DNA from: Chiloscyllium plagiosum
Taxonomy: Eukaryota
Length of the DNA: 64,000 bases
Reading direction: 5' to 3'
Assembly: GCF_004010195.1 (NCBI RefSeq)
Contig: NC_057719.1
Location: 4,557,464-4,621,463, forward strand
The translations under genes and the position numbers were made by a program. Shown here piece by piece: positions 49,135 to 63,489 of this stretch (positions within the stretch are counted from its first letter, which is position 1; every line of letters starts with the position of its first letter). The notes beneath the pieces were generated by a model. The model was not told the origin of the DNA, searched no databases, and saw only the letters and a list, made by a program, of their open reading frames with translations.

Positions 49135-52100
49135 GAGTGGATCGGTTGGAGAGAAAGATAGAAGCGATGAGGAATTTGCAACAGCAACAGTATGTGATGG
49201 ATGGCAATTATAGGAAGGGGGGAAAGTCTCAGAAACAGTCACATAGATGGGTTAACTCCAGGGAGGGTATGAGAGGTAGGCACCTAGGGCAGGAGTCTTT
49301 TGTGGATATACCCATTTCAAACAGGTATGCTGTTTTGGAAAATGTAGGGGGTGATGGATTCTCAGGGGAACGTAGCACGAACAGCCAAGTTTCTGGTATT
49401 GAGACTGGCTCTAATGCAATGAGGGGTATGTCGGCTTCCAAGAGATCAATTGTATTAGGGGATTCTGTAGTCTGAGGTACAGGCAGGCGTTTCTGTGGCC
49501 AGCACAGAAAAAGCAGAATGGTGTGTTGTTTCCCTGGTGCCAGGATCAAGGATGTCTCAGAGAGGATGCAGAATGTTCTCACGGGGGAGAGGGGCCAGCA
49601 GGAGGTCATTGTCCACATTAGAACCAACGATATAGGAAGGGAAAAGGTTGAGATTCTGAAGGGAGATTACAGAGAGTTAGGCAGAAATTTAAAAAGGAGG
49701 TCCTCAAGGGTAGTGATATCTGGATTACTCCCAGTGCTACGAGCTAGTGAGGGCAGGAATAGGAGGATGAATGCATGGCTGAGGAGTTGGTGTATGGGAG
49801 AAGGATTCACATTTTCTGATCATTGGAATCTCTTTTGGGGTAGAAGTGACCTGTATAAAAAGGACAGATTGCACCGAAATTGGAAGGGGACTTATATACT
49901 GGTAGGGAAATTTGCTAGAACTGCTTGAGAGAATTTAAACGAATAAGGTGGGGGGGGGGTTGGAGTCCCAGGGAGATAGTGAGGAAAGAGATCAATCTGA
50001 GACTGGTACAGTTGAGAACAGACGTGAGTCAAACAGTCAGGGCAGGCAGGGACAGGGTCGGACTAATAAATTAAACTGCATTTATTTCAATTCAAAGGGC
50101 CGAACAGGGAAGGCAGATGAACTCAGGGCATGGTTAGGAACATGGAACTGTGATATCATAGCAATTACAGAAACATGGCTCGGGGATGGGCAGGATTGGC
50201 AGCTTAATGTTCCAGGATACAAATGCTACAGGAAGGATAGAAAGGGAGGCATGAGAGGACGGAGAGTGGCATTTTTGATAGGGGTTAGCATTACAACTGT
50301 GCTGAAGGAGGATATTCCCAGAAATACATCCAGGGAAGTTATTTGGGTGGAACTGAGAAATAAGAAAGGGATGATCACCTTATTAGGATTGTATTATAGA
50401 CCCCCCCAATAGTCAGAGGGAAATTGAGAAACAAACTTGTAAGGTGATTTCAGCTATCTGTAAGAATAATAGAGTAGTTATGGTATGGGATTTTAACTTT
50501 CCAAACATCGACTGGGACTGTCACAGTGTTAAAGGTTTAGATGGAGAGGCATTTCTTAAGTGCATACAAGACAATTTTCTGATTCAGTATGTGGATGTAC
50601 CTACCAGAGAAGGTGCAAAACCTAACCTACTCTTCGGAAATAAGGCAGGGCAGATGACTGAGGTGTCCGTTGGGGAGCACTTTGGGGCCAGTGACCATAA
50701 TTCTGTTCATTTTAAAATAATGATTGAAAAGGATAGACCAGATCTAAAAGTTGAAGTTCTAAATTGGAGAAAGGTCAATTTTGATGGTATTAGGCAAGAA
50801 CTTTCGAAAGCTGATTGGAGACAGATGTTCGCAGGTAAAGGGACGGCTGGAAAATGGGAAGCCTTCAGAAATGAGATAACAAGAATCCAGAGAAAGTATA
50901 TTCCTGTTAGGGTGAAAGGAAAGGCTGGTAGATATAGGGAATGCTGGATGACTAAAGAAATTGAGGGTTCGGTTAAGAAAAAGAAGGAAGCATATGTTAG
51001 GTATAGACAGGATAGATTGAGTGTATCCTTAGAAGAGGAAGTAGGAGTATACTTAAGAGGGAAATCAGAAGGGCAAAAAGGGGACTGAGATAGCTTTGGC
51101 AAATAGAATTAAGGAGAATCCAAAGGGTTTTTACAAATATATTAAGGACAAAAGGGTAAATAGGGCCCCTCAAAGATCAGCAAGGCGGCCTTTGTGTGGA
51201 GCCACAGAAAATGGGGGAGATACTAAATGAATATTTTGCATCAGTATTTACTGTGAAAAAGGATATGGAAGATATAGTCTGGGGGGAAATACATGGTGAC
51301 ATCTTGCAAAATGTCCAGATTACAAAGGAGGAAGTGCTGGATGTCTTGAAACGGTTAAAGGTGGATAAATCCCCAGGACCTGATCAGGTGTACCCGAGAA
51401 GTCTGTGGGAAGCGAGAGAAGTGATTGCTCAGCCTATTGCTGAGATATTTGTATCATCGATAGTCACAGATGAGGTGCCGGAAGACTGGAGGTTGGCAAA
51501 CGTGGTGCCATTGTTTAAGAAGGGCGGTAAAGGCAAGCCAGGGAACTATAGACCAGTGAGCCGGACCTCACTGGTGGGCAAGTTGTTGGATGGAATCCTG
51601 AGGGACAGGATGTAAATGTATTTGGAAAGGCAAGGACTGATTCGGGATAGTCAACATGGCTTTGTGCGTGGGAAATCATGTCTCACAAACTTGATTGAGT
51701 TTTTTGAAGAAGTAACAAAGAGGATTGATGAGGGCAGAGCCGTAGATGTGATCTATATGGACTTCAGTAAAGCGTTCAGCAAGCTTCCCCATGGGAGACT
51801 GACTAGCAAGGTTAGATCACATGGAATACAGGGAGAACTAGCCATTTGGATACAGAACTGGCTCAAAGGTAGAAGACAGAGGGTGGTAGTGGAGGGGATG
51901 TTTTTCAGACTGGAGGCCTGTGACCAGTGGAGTGCCACAAGGATCGGTGTTGGGTCTTCTACTTTTTGTCATTTACATAAATGATTTGGATGCGAGCATA
52001 AGAAGTACAGTTAGTAAGTTTGCAGATGACACCAAAAATGGAGGTGTAGTGGACAGCGAAGAGGGTTACCTCAGATTACAACAGGATCTGGACCAGATGG

Positions 52101-52930
52101 GCCAATGGGCTGAGAAGTGGCAGATGGAGTTTAATTCAGATAAATGCGAGGTGCTGTATTTTGGGAAAGCAAATATTAGCAGGACTTATACACTTAATGG
52201 TAAGGTCCGAGGGACTATTGCTGAACAAAGAGACCTTGGAGTGCAGGTTCATAGCTCCTTGAAAGTGGAGTTGCAGTTAGATAGGAGAGTGAAGAAGGTG
52301 TTTGGTATGCTTTCCTTTATTGGTCAGAGTATTGAGTATAGGAGTTGGAAGGTCATGTTGCAGCTGTACAGGAAATTGGTTAGGCCACTGTTGGAATATT
52401 GCGTGCAATTCTGGTCTCCTTCCTATCGGAAAGATGTTGTGAAACTTGAAAGAGTTCAGAAAAGATTTACAAGGATGTTGCCAGGGTTGGAGGATTTGAG
52501 CTATGGGGAGAGGCTGAACAGGCTGGAGCTGTTTTCCCTGGAGCGTCGGAGGCTGAGGGGTGACCTTATAGAGGTTTACAAAATTATGAGGGGCATGGAT
52601 AGGATAAATAGACAAAGTCTTTTCCCTGGGGTCAGGGAGTCCAGAACCAGAGGACATAGGTTTAGGGTGAGAGGGGAAAGATATAAAATAGACCTAAGAG
52701 GCAACATTTTCACGTAGAGGGTGGTACGTGTATGGAATGAGCTGCCAGAGGATGTGGTGGAGGCTGGTACAATTGCAACATTTAAGAGGCATTTGGATGG
52801 GCATATGAATAGGAAGGCTTTGGAGGGGTATGGGCCGGGTGCTGGCAGGTGGAACGAGATTGGGTTGGGATATCTGGTCGGCATGGAGCGAAGGGTCTGT
52901 TTCCATGTTGTACATCTTTGTGACTCTATG
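49135..52930 (+). mobile_element. Near full-length CR1 LINE (ORF1 coiled-coil plus SGNH-type esterase; ORF2 APE-RT; 3' tail), few disabling mutations
   Basis: IVLGDS, HIRTND, D.LH in ORF1; ITETWL, YYRPP, DFSKAF, GVPQGSVLG, SKFADD in ORF2; tail gactctatgac. Confidence 0.95.
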
Positions 52931-53344
52931 ACAGATTTGGAGGAATATGGGGAAAGAGTGAGATTACGGCAAAATTGCATCTTTCTGTACTGTAAGAACA
53001 CATACATGTGGAAGTGAAAATAAAACTACATGGTCTGTAATTCTTTAAATCTTATATGTCCTGCAAGACATGCCCGATTCCAGAATCCTCCTTTATCTCC
53101 TCTCATTTAACAGAAATGGAAAATTCAGAGTCTCCCAATTCTGGCTACAATCCTGATCTGTTGAGAAATGAGTTGTGGCCAAAGAGACAAGGAAAAACAA
53201 ATCTGCTGCTGGTCATAACTCAAGGTGGTCTTTGCATTTGAGTGCTGGATCAGCATAGTTATTTGTGCTGCATGTTCATTTTCACAGGCCAACTCAATAT
53301 GGTTTGTCTTGTCTATGGAATTATAATATGTTTTCTATCTTCAG

Positions 53345-53539
53345 ATGAATATCACCCTAAAGAGCCTCAATTTGTCCTATAATGGCTTTGGAAATGAAGG
53401 AGCACTTGCCATGGGAGAGACATTGAAATTCAATAGCACCTTGCTTGAGCTAAACCTTAGCTCCAACCACATCAACAATGAGGGTGTCAACATGCTGTGT
53501 AAAGGACTGGACGTCAATGAAAATATTAAGATCTTGTGT
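53345..53539 (+). CDS. LRRC74A: LRRC74A-like exon (MNITLKSLNLSYNGFGNEGALAMGETLKFN...KGLDVNENIKILC)
   Basis: tttcag acceptor, GTACGT donor at 53540, 195 nt, phase 0/0. Visible as ORF 53345..53578. An alternative GTAAGG donor exists at 53575. Confidence 0.9.
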
Positions 53540-53594
53540 GTACGTTTCGCTTTGAGTAAGGTGGCTGAAAGTTGGTAAGGTCAAATACAACATA

Positions 53595-53785
53595 ACAACA
53601 ACTTGCATTTATATAGAATGTTTAACACTGTAAAGCATCTCATGGGGCTCCACAATAACTTATCAGATTTGACATCAAGATATGTAAGATGACAGAAGTT
53701 AATCAAAGGATTTATTTTTGAAGAGCATCTGATGGGAGAATAGTGAGGAAAATGAATTTTGGGAGGGAATTCTAGGCTTTAGGGT
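53595..53785 (-). mobile_element. L2-type LINE 3' end, degenerate
   Basis: caacttgcatttatatag...tttaac, a typical L2 tail in reverse (recalled). Confidence 0.5.
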
Positions 53786-56700
53786 TATAGCGATTGTAAC
53801 AAGGTCAGCCAGGTGGACCTCAAAAATGACTTTCCTGACTGGGGCTGTTAACCTGGTCATATCAAGGAGCCTGGCTGATAGATATAAACAGGAGTGTCAG
53901 AGGTTCTGTTCACTCTGAGAGAGTGAACCCTGGCTCTGAGGGAGCTGGGTCAATACCAAGGAATTTCAATATATAAACAAGGGGCGACTTGGTTATGGGA
54001 TAGAGACCTCCGTGGATTTATTTCAGTGACAATGAGAGCAAAGCAGGCTCCTGAAGAAATTCGCTCTCAACAGTCATCTAGGAGTTGGTGTAAGCATTTC
54101 TGGCATCATGCACCAGTATTTGGGAAGCTTGGCTCATATAAACTTGCTGCAGAAGACTGGGCCCAGTATGTGAAAATAATGTGTTACTTTTTCTGGGGAA
54201 ATCACACTGGGCAGATGAAAAACAATGAGTAACGCGCCTAACAGCTTGTGAAGCCGCAGCTTTTTCAGTTATTAGGAGCCTAACTTTCCCTGAGACTCCA
54301 CAAACTAAACATTTCAAGAGTTGATGGATTTAGTTAAGGAATATTGCAACTTCATGCCTCCTCTAATTCTGGATCATTATCATTTTTATTCGGCAATTCA
54401 AGAAGCACAGGAATCCTTATCAGGATTTTTCATTCGGATTAGACGACTGGCAGAGGCATGTGACTTTGGTTTAACCCTTAATAAGATGCTATGAGACCAT
54501 TTGGTATGCAGGATTAATGAAGTATTCACTCAAAAGCACCTAATACCTGAAGCCCAACTGGACTTCAAACAGGCACTACAACTGGCTTTATCATTGGAAA
54601 ATGCAGCAAATGAATTGCAGAGTATTCCAATACAAGTAAACACCCTCGCCAGTCCAACAGAGCTTAAAGAACACCAAGGCAACTACATAGCCTCACTCAG
54701 GACATATCCTGAATAGATGGACTCTCGGTCAGCCCACAGCAAAACCCAACAACAAAGCCAAGCTTTGGCCAAATGACTGAAACTTTCTTCAGGATCTGGG
54801 CAGGCAGATCATTGTAGTTGCTGCTGGTGTGCAGACTTGAAATAGTAAAAGAGTCCCACTGGAGCTAGATGGAGTAAGAGAACTCATAGGCTGTTATCCA
54901 GGAGCGTGCATATCCTGGGAAGTCCACTGGCATCTGGTCTGGAATAGTTAAATGGCTAACCAACATCCAAATCAGAATCAATTAAAATGAACATCTGATT
55001 AAATGGTCACCCAGCTCTAATGAAGATCGATATTGGTGCAGCCATTTCAGTAATTGCAGTACCAGTCTTTAACAACATTTGCTCTGGACTCCAACCCTTA
55101 CATTTGCACAAGACCTCAGCTAGACTGAGAACGTATACTGGGGAACCTTTATAGATTAAGGGTACAACTTTGGTTCTGATCTCTTATGAAAAGCAGCTGG
55201 TTCAGTTATCACTGATTGTAGGAAAAGGCTTGGGCCCAAGATTAATGGTGCAAAATTAATGGAGAAAGATTCATCTAGATTGGTTACACATGTTTTGATT
55301 AGGAAATGGCTGCCTGAAGTCCTAATTCAATACCCAGATGTTTTTCAGGAAGATCTAGGGACAGTCAAAGGAGCCAAGGCCACCTTGCATGTTGATCAGG
55401 AAGCAATTCTATGAATCTGCAAGCCCACTCAGGGCCATTTGCCTTACAGGCAAAAGTAGAGGCAGAGATTAGAAAGCTGGAAAGGAAAGGAATCATCAGA
55501 TCAGTCCAACAGTCAGAATGGACAGTACATGGTGCACTGATTGGGAAGCCCAATGGGTCAGTTCGCCTTTGTGGGATTTTAAACAAATGGTAAACTGTTT
55601 TTTGCAGCTGGATAAATATCCAATCCCTTGTGGTTAGATGAGGATTCTCAGAGGTATGTTACAATTAATATCGATGAGGGATTGTACCAATATACAAGAC
55701 TGCCATTTGGAAATATCGTTAGCCTGCGCAATTTTTCAATGGATAATGGAAAGCACTTCACAAGGTTGACCTTAGGTGGCCTTTTATCTATATGATGTGT
55801 TAATAACAGGAAAGACCAATAAAGAGCACTTAGAGAACTTGAACACAGTCCTTATACATTTCTCCCAAGCAGGCAACCCCTTAGAAAGGAAATGTGTGTA
55901 TTCCAGGCACCCCAAATGACCTGCTTGGGCTACAGAGTTCACAAGATCAGGATACACCCGTTGGAAGATAAAGTGAAGGCGATCAAATGTGTCCCGGCTC
56001 CCATGTCTGTACCGGAACTTCAGACCTTCCTTTGACTGATGCATTATTACAGAAAGTTCATTCATAACTTGGCATCAACTCCTAAAAAGGGGTCAGCCCT
56101 GGAAATGGTTGCACAGCTAAGCCATAGTTTTCAGGGAAGTGAAGAAACAGCTATCATCTCTAAAGATGTTGGAAAAATATGATCCCAAGCAAGATCTGGT
56201 GTTAACATGCAGTGTCTCCCTTTAAGACACTGGGGTTGTATTAGCTCGTAGATGGCCCAATGGAGAGGAATACCTGACAGCATAAGCATTCAGGACGTTG
56301 GCTGTCACAAAGGGTGAATATGTCCAGATATGAAAAGAAGTCATATTCAGTGTCAGGAAATTCCGCCAATACCTTTATGGATGTAAATTTGTAATAGTGA
56401 TGGACTACAATCCCTTGCTAGGTCTACTAAAAGAGGATAAGGCAATTCTGAATTCAATAGTGCGCTCTAATACTAAGTGTGTATGATTACAAGTTGTAAA
56501 ACCTTTTGGGAGGCCAAGTAGAAAATGTGGATGCATTGAGCCGCCTCTGGCTGACAAATATATCATCAGTGGTAACCCCACTGGAAGAGTCTGTACTGGT
56601 TTTAAATTTTCTGGACATACTTCGAGACAAGCTGACAATATTAGACTTTGGAGGCAGAAATATCTGGTCCTGGCAAAATTGAAACAGCTGGTGGTGATGC

Positions 56701-56840
56701 AGAAAACCAAAGGAACATCATAACTAGAAGTGAAACCTTTTAGATCCGAAGAGACTAGATCACTGTAGAGGATGCCATATTATTATGCACAGCTAGGGTG
56801 ATTCTCCTGGGAAAAGGTCACTGCCAGGGACTGGCTAGAA
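53786..56840 (+). mobile_element. Ty3/Gypsy provirus, 3'-truncated and pseudogenised: 5' LTR 53786-54025, PBS-like gtgacaatgag, gag, protease, RT, RNase H, start of integrase
   Basis: FGKL.SY...EDWAQYV (gag); MKIDIGAAISVI (protease); KPNGSVRLCG, GLYQYTRLPFG, YLYDVLITG (RT). Confidence 0.88.
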
Positions 56841-59039
56841 TCTCCATTATGCCCGTGACCCCTCACATCCCCTCAACACCGGTTTATGCCTCTGCACCCA
56901 TCCCCTCACCTTTCTTATAACCTATGACACATAATCCCAATCTCCCAAGGACCCTCATGCCTCAAATCATTCCCATGGATCTTTGTATCCTCTCTGCCAG
57001 TTCAGTATCAAACTATAAACCCATTCATCACCCTTTGCTCTTTGCTTTCCATACCACTTATTAGCACGGCATTAATCAGGAGGTGTCCTAACAGAAAATA
57101 AAGTTAGCAGTCTAGTGATTATATCATCATTGAAAAAAGCAAATTCTTGCCAATAAAAACCAAACTTCCAACATCATAAAATTGCTTGAATAAATGTTTT
57201 AAGATAATAAACATTTCACGTAAGTTCAATGACCTGTGCAAATAATTCACTGAAGTGGTTAATACCTAATTTCACTCGAGCGATTAAGGCTGATTGACTT
57301 TGTTTCCAACAGTCACATATCCTTGTGTCATTTTATCATCGAGTTATGGTAACACGGATACTTGAACCCAGTGGTCTGGACTCAGGTGTCGAGTGAAGCT
57401 GACTTTATTTGATTATTTTGAAATTGAGTTGGATGTTTTCCAGACTGGTTCTGGTCTTCTTGTGAAATTCATCCCTTCAATCAGACTAGTGTTTCCTGTG
57501 ATGTCTTTGTGCCGTGTAGATGTTCATTACTAACTGTACATGTCAATAATCTATACAGCAGGCATTAGTCTCCCACATGGATGAAGGATACAAATATCTT
57601 TAACTCAAATGGCTGAATAAGGTCATAAAGAGTCAATGTTGGAGACTGCATTAAAATCCATTCAATCGAATTATTTCATATAGTATTGGGTGGGGAAATT
57701 GTGAGAACAGCTCTGAATTTCAAAGGAGCCAGGTGTGCCATTGTGTCTCAAAATAGTCTTAGTAGCAATAGTTAACTAATTGCTTTCATGCATGAGATCA
57801 CATCTTGTTGAGACGACAGCCTCTTCTTGTTAAAACTCATCAGTAGTTTTTTTCTCGACCACTAATGAAAATATAAATTTTAAAAAATGAAATAGGCCTT
57901 TAAATGCAGTCCAGGAAAAGGGATTGGTGTTAACAGCCTTTGACCTACAACATGCCACAAGGTGATCAGTGATGAGCTTTGTTGCTTAATATCACAAGGT
58001 ATCACAGTGAATAATCTATTTGCATCCAGGAGAAATCTGCAGAACATTGAGTGAATTTACAGTTTTAATGACTTTGCTGCTTTAAGAACTGTTCACGCAG
58101 ACAATCAACAGTTGCAAGTGCTTAAACAGACAAGAAGTCAGGGAACTCAGAAAAAGGCCAATAAAGGACAAATGGCACTTCAGGCGAAAGCCTTTAGTTC
58201 AGACCTAGTAAAGAAATGTAAAAGAAATAGTGTGGGCCAGAAACAGATTACAAACTAACTGTACCAGGCAAGTACAGATTCTATCAGGTGAAGATCTGGA
58301 GGAGCATTCCTGATTAGAGTTTTTAAAAATTCATTAATAGGATGCGGGCATAGCTGGCTGGGCCAGCATTTATTGCCCATCCCTCGGTTCATCCATGAGT
58401 GAAATGGGCAAAAGGAAACATTAGAAATTAATGACACAAAAACATGCCGAGAAGGCTGGAGTTTCTTTTTAAAACATAAGTACTTACAGTTCACAATTAA
58501 TGTTACTACAATATCAGGTGGACACCATGAGGCATAACTACAAAAGGCTACCTAATTACAATTATACAATAAATTAAATCTCATTAAGAGAAAAGCTTCT
58601 TCTTATTGAGACTCCCTAGTGTAGTTCACCTACTACTGTAAACCAAATAGTCCCTTAAACCCAGTCAAGGAAAGAGGAATGGTGTTAGTGTCCTTCTACC
58701 CACAAACATGAGGTATCAATATTCCAACCTATAGTTCTCCTATTTTCCTTTGTCCAAATCTGGCTGGAAACAGACTGCTCATCTCCAAGTCCTTTGTAGC
58801 AGTTTTTGCTGGAAGAGCTTTACAATACAGACTTAGAACCTTTTGGAAATATGATCATGTGATCAACCTGGAACACTGAATGATTCTAGCAAGTTGAGCA
58901 ATTTCTAAAAAAAATCAGAATTTAAACTTATAAGTTCTGTTCATGCCCTCTGGTCATGTCACCAGTGAGAATAAAAGGCTCTCAAGGATGATGCATCAAT
59001 TGTGGTTAAATAAGCAAGTTAAGAATAACATCAAATTGA

Positions 59040-61935
59040 GGGAGGATATTCCCAGAAATACATCCTGGGAAGTTTATTAGATTCTCTACAGTGTGGAAAC
59101 AGGCCCTTCGGCCCAACAAGTCCACAACGCCCCTCCGAAGAGAAACCCACCCAAATCCATTCCCCTACCCTATATTTACCCCTGACTAACGCACCGAACA
59201 CTGAATTTAGCATGGCCAATTCACCTAACCTGCACATCTTTGAATTGTGGGAGGAAGCCAGAGCACCCGGAGGAAACCCACGCAGACACAGGGAGAATGT
59301 GCAAACTCCACACAGACAAGTGGGAATCGAACCCAGGACCCTGGTGCTGTGAGGCAGCAGTGCTAACCACTGAGCCACCATGCCACCCAAGTTATTTGGG
59401 TGGAACGGAGAAATAAAGAATGATCACCTTATTGGGATTGTATTATAGACCCCCTAATAGTCAGAGGGAAATTGAGAAACAAATTTGTAAGGAGATCACA
59501 GTTATCTGTAAGAATAATAGGGTGGTTATGGTGGGGGATTTTAACTTTCCAAACATAGACTGGGACTGCCATAGTGTTAAGGGTTAAGATGGAGAGGAAG
59601 TTGTTAAGTGTGTACAAGAAAATTTTCTGATTCAATATGTGGACGTAGCTACTCGAGAAAGTGCAAAACTTGACCTACTCTTGGGAAATAAGGCAGTGGG
59701 GGAGCACTTTGGGGCCAGTGACCATAATGCTATTAGTTTTAAAATAGCGATGGAAAAGGATAGACCAGATCTAAAAGTTGAAGTTTTAAATTGGAGAAAG
59801 GTCAATTTTGACAATTTTAGGCAAGAACTTTCAAAAGCTAATTGGGGGCAGATGTTTGCAGGTAAACGGATGGCTGGAAAATGGGAAGCCTTCAGAAATG
59901 AGATGACGAGAGTCCAGAGAACGCATATTCCTGTTAGGGTGAAAGAAAAAGGCTGGTAGGTATAGGGAATGCTGGATGACTAAAGAAATTAAGGGTTTGG
60001 TTAAGAAAAAGAAGAAAGCATATGTCAGGGATAGAAAAGATAGATAGAGTGAATCCTTAGAAGAGTATAAAGGCAGTGGGAGTATACTTAAGAGAGAAAT
60101 CAGGAGGGCATAAAGGAGACATTGGCAAATAGGGTTAAGGGAAATCCAAAGGGTTTTTACAAATTTATTAAGGACAAAAAGGTAACTAGGAAGAGAATAG
60201 GGTCCCTCAAAGGTCAGCAAGGCGGCCTTTGTGTGGAGCTGCAGGAGATGGGGAAATACTAAATGAGTATTTTGCATCAATATTTACTGTGGAAAAGGAC
60301 ATGGAAGATGTAGAATGTCAGGAAATAGATGGTGATATCCTGAAAAATGTCCATATTACAGAGGAGGAAGTGCTGGATGTCTTGAAAAGTCTAACAGTGG
60401 ATAAATCCCCAGGACCTGATCTGGTGTGCCTTAGAACTCGGTGGGAAGCTAGAGAAGTGATTGTGGGCGTCTTGCTGAGATATTTGTATCATCAATAGTT
60501 ACAGGTGAGGTGCCAGAAGAGTGGAGGTTGACTAACGTGGTGCCACTGTTTAAGAAGGGTGGTAAGGACAAGCCAGGGAATTATAGACCAATAAGCCTGA
60601 TGTTGGTGGTGGGCAAGTCATTGGAGAGAATCCTGAGGGACAGGATTTATATGTATTTGGAAAGGCAAGGACTGATTAGGAATAGTCAACGTGGCTTTGT
60701 GCGTGGGAAATCATATCTCATGAACTTGATTGAGTCTTTTGAAGAAGTAACAAAGAGGTTTGATGAGGGCAGAGCAGTAGGTGTGATCTACATGAACTTC
60801 AGTAAGGCATTCAACAAGGTTCCCCAAGGCAGACTGGTTAGCTAGGTTAGATCTCACGGAATACAGGGAAAACTAGCCATTTGGATACAGAACTGGCTCA
60901 AAGGTAGAAGACAGAGGGTGGTGGTGGAGGGTTGTTTTTCAGACTGGAGGCCTGTGACCAGTGGAGTGCCACAAGGATCAGTGCTGGGTCTTCTACTTTT
61001 CATCATTTATATAAATGATTTGGATGTGAACATAAGAGGTATAGTTAGTAAACATGGAGCTGTAGTGGACAGCGAAGAAGGTTACCTCACATTACAACAG
61101 GATCTTGATCAGATGGTCCAATGGGCTGAGAAGTAGCATTTAGATAAACGCAAAGTGCTGCATTTTGGGAAAGCAAACCTTAGCAGCACTTATACACTTA
61201 ATGGTAAGGTTCTAGGGAGTGTTGCTGAACAAAGAGACCTTGGAGTGCAGGTTCATAGCTCCTTGAAAGTGGATCGCAAGTAGATAGGATAGTGAAAAAG
61301 GTGCTTGGTATTCTTTTCTTTATCAGTCAGAATATTGAGTACAGGAATTGGGAGGTCATGTTGTGGCTGTACAGGACATTGGTTAGGCCACTGTTGGAAT
61401 ATTGCATGCAATTCTGGTCTCCTTCCTATCGTAAAGATGTTGTGAAACTTGAAAGGGTTCAGAAAAGATTTACAAGGATATTGCCAAGGTTGGAGGATTT
61501 GAGCTATAGGGAGAGGTTGAACAGGCTCGGGCTGCTTTCTCTGGAGCATTGGAGGCTGAGGGATGACATTATAGAGGTTTACAAAATCATGAGGGGCATG
61601 GATAGGATAAACAGGCAAAGTCTTTTCCCTGGGGTTGGGGAGTCCAGAACGAGAGGGCATAGGTTTACGGTGAGAGGGGTAAGATATAAAGGGCAACTTT
61701 TTCACGCAGAGGGTGGTACGTGTATGGAATGAGCTGCCAGAGGAAGTGGTGGAGGCTAGTATAATTGCAACATTTAAAAGGCATCTGGATGGGTATATAA
61801 ATAGGAAAGTTTGGATGGATTTGGGCCAGGTGCTGGCAGGTGGGACGAGGTTGGGTTGGGATATCTGGTTGACATGGAGGAAGTGGACCAAAGGGTCTGT
61901 TTCCGTGCTGTACATCTCTATGACTCTATCACTCT
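59040..61935 (+). mobile_element. CR1 ORF2 and 3' tail, interrupted by an HE1 SINE
   Basis: Homologous to 50305-52930. Confidence 0.93.
59076..59388 (-). mobile_element. HE1-type SINE
   Basis: rc gggtggcatggtggctcagtggttagcactgctgcc. Confidence 0.9.
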
Positions 61936-62059
61936 AATTCTGAGAATGTTGATGGTTGGTCACACAATTGAACAGATTTTGTGGATGACAGAACAGGGAC
62001 TAAGTAGATTATGAGAAAATGCTCGCTCATAATTTAAGATTGAAACATGTTTGTACCAA

Positions 62060-63475
62060 ATATTTAAGTATGGAAAGAGTAATTTAAGCCAGTGCTATTC
62101 CTTTAGAGGGTGAGTCTGAAGAATTCATAATGGAAAACAAGGAAATGGCAGAGGAAATGAACAGGTGTTTATGTTTGACATTACTGTAAAACATAGAAAA
62201 AACTTTCCAAAAACACTTGAACATTAAGAGGTAAAAGAGAGGGAGGAACTTTAAAAAGTTACCATCACCAGTGAAAAGGTGCTGAGAAAACAATTAAACC
62301 TGAAAAATGTGATAAGTAGGATCAGATCATCTACATTCTTGGGGCTTACAAATGCTGCAGAGAAAGTAGAAAAATGTTTATAATTTTCAAAAATTCTACA
62401 GGTGTTGAATGAGTCCCAGCAGATTGGAAAGTAACAAATAAACTTTATTTCAGAAAGCAAGGGTAGAGGAAACTTTTGGCCAGTCAGCTTAACATCTGCT
62501 ATTGGGAGACTACTCAAGTTTATAATGGGATACTCAGAAAGTCAGGATGTGAACATGCAGAGTTAACATGGCTTTGTGAAATGGCAATCTTTTGAATGTT
62601 TTGTTAGCATTGCTTAAGGAAGTGACTAGCACGGTGGGATACGGGGAAGCCTGTGAAAATAATCATCTTGTATTTCCACAATATGTATGATGAGGTATCA
62701 CCTCAAAGGCTACTAGCAAAATAAGAGCTTATGATGTAAGGGGTAAAATATAAGCACCGATAAAAGTTTGGGTAGTTAACCAAGAACAGTGGGAAGAGAT
62801 AAATTAGTGTTTTTAAAATTGGCAATCCATGCTCGGACTTCAAACAATGTTGATGAGTTGGATGTGAAGAACGAATGTACGATAGCTAAATTTGGCAACG
62901 ACGGCAAGAAATATAAGAAAGTAAGTTTGTTAAGAAGTAGAGAGTATGCAAAGGAATATAGGTAGGTCAAGTGAATGGGGAAACAAATTGAAAGATGGAG
63001 TGTAAAGTGCAAAATATAAACTTGTTCACTAAGCAGTACCTTATGTAATTGGAGAGAGATTGCAGAATTTGGCATTACGGGGAGATCTGGATGTCCTGGT
63101 ACATGATTCATAATTACACAATATTAGGTATGCACTGAAAATTATTAGGAAAGCAAACAGAATGATGGAGTTTATTGCAAGGAGAATGGAATATAAAAGT
63201 ACGGAAATCTTACGAAACAGACTTAGTAAGACCAGATCTTAAGTTCTCTACAATTTTGGTCTTATTTGAAAAATGATCAACCTGTATTAGAAATAGTTCA
63301 GAGATCAGTTTACTCAATTCATTCCTAGATTATGGGCTTACCTTATGAGGAAATATTAAACATGTTAACTTCTTGCTTAATTGAGGTTAGAAGCATGAGA
63401 GGTCACCATATTGAAACATATATGGTCCTGAGAGGATTTGACAGGGTGAACTCTGAAAGGATATTTGTCTTTTTC
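62060..63475 (+). mobile_element. Highly degenerate old CR1 ORF2
   Basis: Remnants of NKEMAEEMN, RPVSLTS, QHGFVK, AKFG.DGK. Confidence 0.7.
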
Positions 63476-63489
63476 CACAAGAAACTACA

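Noticed and set aside
57313..57385. AG...GT-bounded open stretch as a candidate next exon of the LRR gene
   Set aside because: Translation (SHILVSFYHRVMVTRILEPSGLDS) has no LRR pattern and the donor is weak; the next exon is probably outside the window
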